In this document: one piece after another, positions 38,501 through 50,500 of the stretch
How positions within the stretch are numbered: the first letter of the stretch is position 1
Layout of the letters: each line of letters begins with the position of its first letter
Origin: Obrimoposthia wandeli
Taxonomy: Eukaryota
Assembly: GCA_977020255.1 (NCBI GenBank)
Contig: CDROCS010000152.1
Span: 868,001 to 932,000 of the forward strand
Direction of reading: 5' to 3'
Length of the DNA stretch: 64,000 bases
Translations under genes and position numbers: made by a program
The notes under the pieces: model-generated
Databases searched by the model: none
What the model saw: only the letters and a program-made list of their open reading frames with translations
What the model was told of the DNA's origin: nothing

Positions 38501-41500
38501 GAAAACTTAAGCTTTTTAGTGTACATAATGTTATATTAATTATTATAAAGTAGCTATAACCAAATTTATGATTTAAGATATGTATTCGGATGTCATACAT
38601 AATAAATCCTTCCAGGGGTGACAAACGAATCAGTGAAGGTTGTTGCAGCAGTTGTCAAAACATAGATAGAACTGCTGGATGGAGGAAGTAGTACTAATAT
38701 AGGTAGGGAAACAAAAGTGGTGGAAGTTAAAGGTGCCATAAAAAATCATATAGTTATGCTTGCAGATTAAAAAACTGAGCAAGAAAAGAGGTCCTTTGGC
38801 AGGATTACATAATTATGTGTTGGCGAAGGTGGTTTTACCAGAACAGCCAATGGGTTTGGAGAAGGAAAAGGAATGGTAAGACCAAATTTTCTTTCAGTTT
38901 CTCGGGTTTTAATCCAAGTCTGGCGGATATTGGGCTCTTTTGTTCGGTTTTCAGTCGATATGATTTATTGGGGTTATATGTTGATTGTTGATTATTACGG
39001 TAGGGCTATATAGATAATTAACACTAAATGCTGAATTACAACAATTCAGATCTAAACCGAGCTAGAGGCCAAAGAATCTCAATGCACGTTAAAGTGATTT
39101 GTTGTTGCACACATGTGTGTTTGTAAAGTTGTCTGGGTTATGACATGGCTAAACAAGTTTTCATTATGCAGTGCTATCCAAAAATCGTGTTTGTATTAAT
39201 AGAATAAATAAGAAAATGATATTTTATGTGTGATTTTCAAATAACAACAATTTGATTTCATAGAAATACTCATCTCTTATAGATGAAAATAAACTTACTA
39301 AGAGTACTGAGATTTTTCGATTAAAGCCATATCAGCAATGTGTAATAAAATGTCTGTAATTTCATTTTTAGAACGTTCCAGTAAAAAAATCTTTTTTATG
39401 TAGGTTAAGATAATTTTATATTATTTAATGTTATTATTTTGGTTCTCATTAAAACGCTTAGCCTAATGTTTTAACTTTTAATCAAGTAAAATATATAACT
39501 CTTTTTGTTAACATCCTTAATCCTATTTAAATATTAGTTTTATTCTGGATTGGTGACGGTGAAATAGTGATACAGCTAGAATATTTATTTGGTTTAACCC
39601 TATATAGAAATTTACATGATTTTTTATATGATTGCCTTATAAAACATCAAAGAATTAAACTCTTCTTATCAGTATCAATACGTATGCTCCTATATAGTGG
39701 ACTAAAATTAATCTTCCATATTATGTAATATAATGTTTCATTCATTATTAAAATGTGTTTCAGATAAAAAAATGGTTTATTTTTAATTAGTTTTACTTTA
39801 TAATTTAATTGTATCATTATATTCAAAGAATCATGACTTAGATATTGTTGCATCGAAGTTTGAAATATTTGTACTAAATCTTTTTTAGATGTCATCGGTT
39901 TTCTGGCAACATTTTTTATCCATATCAACGTATTTCATATATGTTCTAATTGGAAAACTATATGTATTTGAAGGAGTAAGTGAATATTGATTAATTTCCA
40001 TCCGACCAAGTAAATCAAAACAGAAAACCACATTTTGCTCTCTTTTGATTGAATATAATTTGATTCTAAAACTTAATGACAGATTTTTAGATATACTTAA
40101 TTTTTACGCATTCTGCAAAAATTAGCGAACAATTTTTTTCATAAAAATGATACCACAACCATTAAATTAAATTAAAGAGAAAATTCCCGATCTGAAAAAA
40201 CTCTAAAAAAATTGGTTAAAAAATAAAATATTTTTAACTTATTTAATTTAGCGTTTTATAAATTTTGATTTTATTTTATAAACTTATATATAAATTTTAA
40301 AAGAAATGTTAAAGAAAACCATCATTTCAAGAGATAATTCGACAAAACAAATTCTAATAACTAACACAATATTTAATTGCTGCCACTTTCTGATAATACA
40401 CGAACTCGTTTGTAAAGAACTTCGACATCCATTTCATCACTCGAAACGATTTCGACATTATCTTCGTGTGTGGATTGGTGCTAATGTGGATTTATCAAAA
40501 GACAATCCATTATCAATTCTTTTAGTTTTGTTTAAGCTGTTGTATAATTTTCGGTAATTACCTATCAATAATTTCAGTTCATGTTGAAACTTCTCAGCTC
40601 GGTCATCAGTATGATTATGCATACTAAAATGTTTACCTGAGTATTGGTTGCCAATTGAAGCTCTTCGTCCTTTCGTCATTTTCTCTGCTATTTTCCTTCG
40701 GATCGAGTGTAACACACGTAAGTTCTTCTTCGCTAAGAACTTTATCCACCACCGGCAATTGAAACATAATCGAATCCGTCTCCGTTTATTTGATTTGCTA
40801 AAGTTATGATGTTGGGATATTCGGTTTTGTTTTTGATACATTACAGTCAAAGGGTTCTCCAACAACTTTTCAGAGTTGATAGTTTTAAATGAGATAGTGT
40901 CAACTTAGCATGATTGATTCAATCATTAATCAAAAATTTCTTTCACACATCCATGTTAATGTTTTATCAGGTATCATTTTATTTAAAATATACTGGAATG
41001 TTTGCTTTATGTAGTGGATCTTATTTGGTGATTATTCCTTGGTCGATGGTTGAGTCAGCGAAAGGTTTTATATGGCAAATAACAATAACAAAAATCATTT
41101 GTCTGGTTCAAAATCGGATGACCCGGTGCATTGGCCATAATGATCAGAGCTTTATATCCAAGAATGGAATCACTGAGATAGGGTGTAAATTCTGAACACC
41201 TTTGAGACCATTCAGTAAAAGAGCATTTGTCGCTCAGGATTTTTTGTTTGCCATCCAGTAAAATGGCAATCTTTACTAGCTCGATTTACAGGCAAAGGTT
41301 TCAGCATATGGTACTTATCACCGCTTTATACTAAAGTAAAAAGAGGAACCTGCTGCTTCTTCTGGTTCAGAACAAAACAGAGACTGTTGTAGCATTTGTG
41401 CTTGATTAATATATCTTTAAATTGTAAAATGAATTAACAACCTGATTGCTAGTACTAATTAAGTACGATAAATACTATTTAAATCATGGCTTTTCAATAC

Positions 41501-44500
41501 TTTTTTGTCTTTTGTGTTTATTTTTGAGGCTATATTGAAAATCAGTCATTGGAATTTTATGATCACCTTCAAATGTAGGTTTATGGCATAGCTTCATGTA
41601 TCCATAAGTATAAGTAAGATCGTTGAGATGTTGTGTATACTTCCAGATATACCTATATCTCCGTATATATTGCAATAGTGTCAAACGGCTAAAACCGCAT
41701 ATACAAAACAATTTCATCTGTGTTTAAATCATTCACAATTCGTCTGTTTTTTGTAAATGATTTAAAATGATGCAAAGTTAATTGAATAAATGCTGTTTTT
41801 AAGTAAAGCACTTTTTTAAAAAAATCCTGCAAAACTATCTGAGTAAGTATTAAAATACAAATAGACTCTGCTTGAATACGATCCAAAAATATTTAAATCG
41901 GTCGCATCTAATTGAATGGGGATGTGTAGCAGTAGGATATAAAAGTGTGTTTCTAGCACAATTGCCTAACATTTACTTTGGAATTTGAACGCACCATATC
42001 TCCAATAACAATATCATTCTCTTGTTCTGTGGATCTGATTACCTTATGCAATTAGTTTTAGAGTCCTCAGGTGGTGGGAAGTTAGTTTTAAAAAATAGTG
42101 TATTACCAGCAAACTTGCTTATCTTTTTGTAAAACCGATTTAAAAAACGATTTTTTGTTTTAATCATATTCTATATGGTAGAGAATCCCACAAAGTAGGT
42201 AACTGGGCGTGTTTGCTATAGAAACCTTGTTTTAAAAAGGTTGTGTTTAAGCACATCTGGCCATTGTTGCGAAAGTCACTTCAAATTCAATAATACAGTA
42301 ATTACAAGGTTATCAGATTTGACAATTAAGGCTTTTCCCATTAACTTCGGGTAATTCGCAAATTTCATACATACTGTTGGAATTTGAGATAATTAATTTT
42401 AACGAATAAAACAAGATTTTTCGAATAAAAAACTACTGAATGTAATTAACTGCTGAGTTAACTACAATGGTTGATTTTTTTGATAAAATAATAAACAAAC
42501 CCATCAGATTTATATTCAAATTAAAGAAAAGTGCCAGCACAAGCGAATATTTAATAGAGCTCCATTGGCTTCGATCAATACTATAATTGAATTAAAGATC
42601 CTACATATTATCAAAAAATGAATTCACGAAAGACCAAATTTTTATATGATCTTCTCGAGCCTGGTGCAGTGAAAATGTATATGCATCTTACGAGCAACGA
42701 TGATGACAGCATATTAGCTAGGAAATTCTGATTATTTAAAAAGAAGATAATAACTAATTTAGAAAATAAGAAGCACTTTTGAGTATTAAATCATTTATCC
42801 ATTAGATAGTAGTTATATAAAATATATTATTGTTATTTTACCTCAAACAAATAAATTTGCAATTATTTCTTCAACCGTTATAAAACTCTCCGATGGTCCA
42901 ATTACAAAATCCAACGTTACTAAAATTATGGAATTATTGACACGTCTTACAATAAATAATCTTTAACACTTCTGAGATTTTCTCAGAAATTAAAATAAAA
43001 AAGATATATAGTTCAATGAAACGTACAATTTTACAGCATTGTTGAGAAATCTGGCAAAACAGCTGAGGAAAGAAAAGTATATAGCCAAAGAGAACGAAAT
43101 TATTCGTATAATTAACTGTCACGCACAGTTGCCCATTTACTTGGTCAAATAGAATACGGCTAGAATCAGGGATACTGAATTTATACATTTCAGTTTGATA
43201 AACCCCAAAAATTCTTAAATACATAAAACTTTGATTATAACTTTTAGAATTAAATATGTGAACTCTAAGACTAAATAAATGAATAAGGCAGGGTTTAGGA
43301 AAACAACTTTATTAAATCTATTAAAAAACCCAAATTTTCAACTTTTATTTATTATTACTATTGAAAGTACCAGTGCCAGTGAAATTTGGTTGAGATTCAC
43401 TGTATTACTCTCGTATTAATTTTTACTCTAACTATTGTCGTCAATCTCCCCAAACACTAAGTCATTTCGTGTTACTTTTATCTTAAATTGTCTATTCTTT
43501 AACCAAGTATATAATTCTGAAATGTCAGTCACAAAAAGTTAAAACTTTTCTAGACCTGTTGTTTTTATCGCTATTGATTTGGTGCATTGTGCATTTTTGC
43601 GAAATGAGATGGAGCAATAACAGGTATGTGATACCCTTAAATGTCCGGGGCCGCACGCACGCTACAATGGCAGTATCAGCGAGTATTTAATCCTAGATAG
43701 AAATGGCCGGGTAACCTGCTGAAACACTGTCGTATCAGGAACTATGGATTGCAATTTTTACATATTAATAAGGAATCTTTAGTAAGTGAAAGACATTAGC
43801 TTGCGCTGATTACGTCCCTGCCCTTTGTAAACACCGCCCGTCGCTACTACCGATTTGAGGGATTTATTTACCTTCGCAATTTGATTAAGTTCAAAGTTCA
43901 CTTTTCTGAAGTTGTTCATAATTTTAGTTACATATTCAGTAGATAGACTTGGCCTAGTGATTTCAATGTGCATATATAACCTGTATCTTTTCAGTCATTT
44001 TCATAGACACATATTGCTGTGTTTCTATGAATTGTAAACCAATTTGTAATTTGTAAAATTAAATATTTATATATTTTTCTAAAGTTTTATCTATTCACAA
44101 ATTATTATTTGTTGGTGGTGAAATGATATGTAATATTAACTTTTGAATATTTTTTAAACCATAACGCACTCCAAATTTTCGTACATAATTCTACATTAAA
44201 ATAGCATCTTGTTGAACAAGAAATTTCTTCAAAAACGCTTATTCTATATAAAACGTTCATCTTTCCAAAACTTAAGGTTATCCCCATACTGTAAATAGCT
44301 ATGATTGACCATTGACTGGGTCGACAACATACAACACACCAGGACCGGGAAGTCACCGTAGGCTTGGTACAGATAATTAAGTAGTTGTGCAACTCAATAA
44401 ATAAAACAAAAATTGAAAAAGTTTCTAATTATGTGCTGTTTTGGGAACAAAGCAAATAAAAAAGATTTAATTCGAACGAAATGTAGAATATTTATTTTAA

Positions 44501-47500
44501 AAAGCATCTTCCTGGGCTAAACCAGCAGAGAAGGAAGCTTGACTATGATGATAAATCTGTTAACCTAATATCATTGACATGACATTATTTGAATTTTCTG
44601 TCCCATGCTCGAGATGAGTATCCCCCAGTGTCCATAAGGGATTTGTGTATCTTACTCTTGACCTGAGAGAAGACCATTTCAAATGAATTGAGAAAGGAAT
44701 GTATATAGGAAGATACTTGATTTCGTAAATGTTGGAATTGTAAGGATTCAATTGCAGATACGTGCATCATCATGTACCAATGTACAATACCTGTCAATGA
44801 ATTTCACTAGGTTCTCTCCGACAAACTCATTTTGGTTCTGTCGAGATTGAACCATTTCTGTTGTAACAATTTAAATATATGTGGTTTGATGTACCTGTAA
44901 ATGATATTCTTCAACGTGAGCATGCTTCTCACGCCCAATTGCTCTGTGAGTTTTATTTAATCTTCTTCGATTTCATATGAATTTATAATAACTTTTTTGA
45001 AATCACTGCTCATTATTAGAAGTACAATATTAATAAAATTAATAATATATTACTGTAAACACCTGTTCATATTTTTGACATAGGAATAGTCCTGCCGGAC
45101 TCTGACGATAATACGTCTTCTAATATGATTCTTCTTGCATCTTGAAAAATATGTAAAATTACAATTCAACTTTTCCTATGTTTTGCGAATTAAAGGTTTT
45201 TATTGGTTATGTTCTGTGTCTCCTATTCATTCAGGTATCAATTGCACCCAACAAGCTATATCTATCTTACGATCTAAAACCTAATTTATTTTACTATTGT
45301 AACCGTTTGAATTTCAGATTGTAATACACTCCAAAGCGCTTCAAACATAATTTTAAGTTCCATTGGTTAAAAAGTCCACATTTATTGTTAAAAAATGCGG
45401 TATTGTTTGGCATTTGACTTATAAACGACGGAAAGTTTTTTGTTGTAGAATTGACGCTTTACTGCAACATACTTAATAAACTAAAACTTACGATTTTTGA
45501 ATTTGTACAAAAGTAGGACGAATATTGAAACTGCCGAAATGATAAAAAATCCCAACAAGGAAAATCCGAAAAGTCTATGCGACGAAAGGTATTCATACAT
45601 CAAAGACCAAGTCGAGGTGGAATCATTTGTTACTCTGATCAATAGGGGAACTTTTGTAGTCAATGCATTAATTCCACAGTCTTTGATGTCAACTTCGAGG
45701 GAGTAATTGCCGATGTCGTAAAAGTTCAATTCTCGTTTCAACTGTAGCCAGCCGGAATGGGAATTAACCAAAAACATATCTGCAGCAGAATTGAGAACAG
45801 AAAACCGCACGGTTGCATTGACACCATTGTCGTAGTCGATGGCTTTTATGTGCAGAATATTTTGCAGCCTCGAATACTGATTGTAGTTGAAACTCAGATT
45901 GAGACGATGTTCGTATAGAGGTAGCAGACATACTGGATAATTGTCATTGACGTCAAGAATCAATATCGATAATTTGACGATTATAACTAGAGGTTCTCTG
46001 CCACAGTCTGAAACTACGATTTCGATTTGGTATTTGTCTTGTTTCTCTCGATCAAACGAGGTCAGAGCAACCAATTGTTTGTCGAAGAGCGAAAAATCAC
46101 GATAACTGAAACGCAGCTTTGCCTTGGTTTGTCCGGAATTTCCGCTGTCCGCGTCTGTGATGTTGAGAATATCGATGACGGAGCCAATGAGATTGTTCTC
46201 GATGATATGGAGAGTTCGCGGACCATTGTAGAGAGGATAGTTGTCGTTAGTGTCTATGATATTGAAGCTGACAGTCAGACTAGCAGTGTGTGACGGGGTT
46301 CCGCAGTCTTTTGCAGCAATTACCACAAGACACTGGGGACCTTTCTCGTAATCAAGCGGATGCAGCAGGAACAGTTTGCCAGAGAGCAAGTGAATTGTGA
46401 AGACGGGCTGACTGGAGGAGACAATGGCATACTCCACTTTGCCGTTTAGTCCGCTGTCTCGATCTGTAGCTGAGAAGCTGTAGAGCGCGCTGCTGTAATT
46501 GGGCACAGAAGATTCGTTGATAGAAAAATGGAGTGGAGCTGCCTCGAAAATGGGACTGTTATCGTTCTCGTCTAGGATCTGTACCTGGATTGCCAGTGTA
46601 GATGAGAGCGCCAGAGGATTGGAGGCGGTGTCGTCAGTGCAGGTCAGTGTGAGGTTGTAGTGAGACAGTGTCTCACGGTCGAAGGAGGTCAACGCTATGA
46701 GCTTGTAGGTGAGCTTGTCACTGATGTACTTGCTGGACTCCTGCATCCTGAAGTGATCTCTGAAACTCCTGTAACCCTGCAGTTGACAGGACACATTGCT
46801 GTGTTCGTCTACATCGTGGACATTGTAGGTGGCTATGGTTTGAGGGTGTCTAGAGTTCTCTGGCAGATCTGGCAGCTCAGGTCCGGTGATGCTAGGACCA
46901 TTATCGTTGAGGTCAGTGACTGTGACGGGGATTTGGACGGAGCTAGATCGCTTGTTGTTGCCGGCGTCAGTGACTACCACTGTCAACTGGTGTAGGGAGA
47001 TGTGCTCGCGATCTGCTGGGCTGGTGAGCAGAAGATCGCCAGTGCCGGAATGGATGGAAAAGATACGGGAGGAGGGACTCGTGAGCAGGGAGAATGACAG
47101 CTGGCTGTTGAGACCATCGTCACAGTCGGCAGCGACGACGGTAGTGAGGTAGAGGGGTACATTTGTGTTCTCGGGAATGGTGATTGGACGGGACGCGTTG
47201 ACATGAATGATTGGAGTGCAATCGTTGACGTCCAGCACCTGGATGGAAAGAGGATTACTGAAAACTTAGAAAGGCGAGAATAAATGGATAATCAACGAAA
47301 AACATTTACTTATTTCAGTAAACGTGATACCACACAAGTTAAACCGCATCAGTTTAAACCATTTTATTTAATAATGAAACTTTAAATGAAATTCATACTT
47401 CACAATTGTACTACACAATGTCCCAACCACCAACTCACCCGCATCACAAAACTTCAATAACTTGCACTAACACATTTCACAACTGATTATTTATAGCCAA

Positions 47501-50500
47501 GAAAACATCGATGATGTTTTTAATCACGATCAACAATGATAAATTTATCAATAAACAAATACGTGTACAAAAACTAGAAACTGATCCATTTAAATGAACT
47601 AAAAATTAATCATTATAATATCGAAATTTTAAAATACAATATTAGAACTCTTCTACCAGCCCAATGCATTTTGTCTTCATGTATATTTACAGTTTATTCT
47701 TGAAATAATAAACATCGATTTATCGAAACCCCACTTAACAAAATAATTTCTGTCATTTGAATTTCGTTATATCGATTTTCTGCATATTGATTTTTTTAAT
47801 ATATATACCTCTTCTTTATAGATACAACATATCTTTCAACAGAAAATGTAAAGTTCACTTGCATTAAAATGATTAATGTAATTACATACTTGAGGTATTT
47901 ATCAATGAAGTGTATTATAAATCATGTGAATTTCTTGGATGATATAAGTTAAAAATCACCTTAATGTTTAAGATAATCACCTGTATGGAAACAGTTAGTG
48001 TGCTGGTGAGGGCCTTGAGCTCTGCACAGTCTTCGGCGAACACGATTAATGAGTGGATGACTTGTCGTTCTCGGTCGAGAGGCTGCAGGAGCGTCAGGAT
48101 GATGGTCTTGTTGGCACTGGCTTCATCGGTGCAGCCGTCCGGAGGTAACCGTGTCAGCTTGAAAAAGGGACTGTGACTATGGCTGTACTTTATCCAGGCA
48201 TTCTGGCGCCAGTCAGCGTCGTCGGCAGCCAGCGGGAGCACGAGCCGGGTTCCCACCGCAGCGTCTTCCGGCAGACGAATCGGTGTCCGGAGTCGGTCGG
48301 GAAATCGGGGAGCATTGTCGTTGAGGTCATTGACGATGATCTTCAGAACGTAAACCAGGTTGAAGTCTTGTACTGGGTTCAACGCCAACACGGTGTAGAA
48401 GAAGCACTGGAATGGTGCCATCAGTTGGCAGTGGCACGACTTGATACTGGCATGGGGAACCAGCTGTGGATGACAGAGACGGTCCCGGTCGAATTGTGAG
48501 GTCAAGGTCAGGTACTGGTGCATTATGGAATGCTGCTGAATCTTCATAAATCGTGAGGCCAGCTGATTAGAGGGTAAAAATGAGAGCAGTCCCGATTGAG
48601 GAGGGACCGCATTGTTTGGATCTGTTGGGTTTATAAACCAGTAATTTTATTATAACACATCGCAACATAAAATTATCCGTAAATGCAAATAAACGTCTAG
48701 GGATAGTTTGTATCCTGATTAAGACAATTAAAAAAAAATTATATCTGTAAAAACATTTTTATACGTTTTTATAATCACTATGCATATAAACTATTTAAAG
48801 ATTCATTGAAATCCAGTTTGAAACTCGTTCTTTTGTATAACGGGAACGTTTTGTTTTCCATTCCTATCGTCCATGCTGAAGGTTTTACTGATTTCAAAGT
48901 TATAGAGCTTCTTCTAAGGATATAGAATGAATAAACGTAATAAAGTTGTTATTTATATGAGTGAGACAGAGGAGAAAGAAATACGCCCATTAAATTTGTG
49001 TTTATATCTCAAAATTCTGATGAGATAGAATATTTTCGCAATAAGCTAAATCATTTAGACTAGCAATAGACAATTTCGTTAAAGGAGAAAATAAAAAAAG
49101 ATTATTTGTTAAACTGAAATTCATACAAATTGGTCTCCTATATATTATAAATTATATAAAAATATAAATTAATATGATTTGTCAAATTGTAACTTATAGA
49201 ATTATTGGAAAGTTTGGGCATCTTCAGTCAAAAATGTATTTTTATTTGAAATGATGATTATTTCAATTATTAAATAGTAATCATAATGATTAAAGAAATG
49301 AAACCTTTCTTTACAGAAATCATTTTGATAAAAAGAACTCGTTATGATACAATTTTAATTTTTTTTAATAGTTAAAATACAGAATATATCGTGTGTAGAT
49401 CAAATCAACAGCTTAAGGGATTAAATAATATATTTTACTCTTTTTTCAGTTTTTACTTCTTTCTTCAACTTTATCACTTATGATTTACTTTTTATTCACA
49501 ACAATATTTATCCAACAAAATAATTTTAAGAATACAACTGTCAACATAAATCATCAAAACCATCGTGTATCATTTTTCAATTGTCATAGAACAGTTTCAT
49601 GCAGTGTACATAAATTTAACCAATGTGGAAAACTGTTACACATTTGCTTAGTTTATTTCTTCTTTATCAATAGATCTATAAAGAAGATGAACATTATTAC
49701 TTTGGCCCGGCCAAAATTCCATGCAAACTCAAATACAGTATATACTCTGTTTCATCCCAAGTTTCATAATAAACCCCCAGATAGACTCCAGATTTAAACT
49801 TATGCTTAACCCTGTCAAATACAAATATTTAACTGATTTAAACATGAGTTTATACGGTGTTTTTGTAGGGTCATTAACTCATTTAATATTGAACCCTTCA
49901 TATGACGTAACCTTGGTATTGGGACCTCTTTATTTTGTGATTTTATTTTCGTAGAGCCAAAGAGACTTAATCTTTAAGAGAAATGTGACTAACTGGTGTC
50001 GTTTATTTTTTTCTTTAAATCTGAAACTTTCTGATGTATTTATCAAACATTCGAAAAAATATTAAAGAATATTAAACTATATTTTATCATTATTAATGGT
50101 AAAATAAATTCAGATATTTTGAGAAAAAATTAATTTAACAAAACATGTATAAATAAGAAAATAAAATAATTACATTTTTGCATATATTCATAAATCTTTC
50201 ATTAAACATCACAGAATTGTACGACAAATAAAATTATAAAATGTAAGAAAAAATAATTTCATCATATACTTCTGTGTCACACCAGCTGCCTCTCCAGTTA
50301 ATTTTATATAATGTAAATTTTGACACCTTTTAAAATGATCAAACCAACCTTTGTTTGGCTGAAAAGATTCACCATTTGATGATTCACCTTCGTATTGTGC
50401 TAAGCTTTTATAGAAATATAATGTCTTCATGGTAAAAATGTTAGAAGACTGAGCTATACTTTTCTGGTTTTGATCTTCAATCCAAATAGATAGTAGTTTT

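Noticed and set aside
44515-44550. 28S rRNA fragment near the 18S piece
   Set aside because: Only a few short matches (gaag..cttgact), indistinguishable from chance.
45497-48499. Plus-strand ORFs overlapping the cadherin exons (e.g. 46027-46293, 46660-46995, 48173-48499)
   Set aside because: These are shadow ORFs of GC-rich coding sequence with no recognisable motifs.
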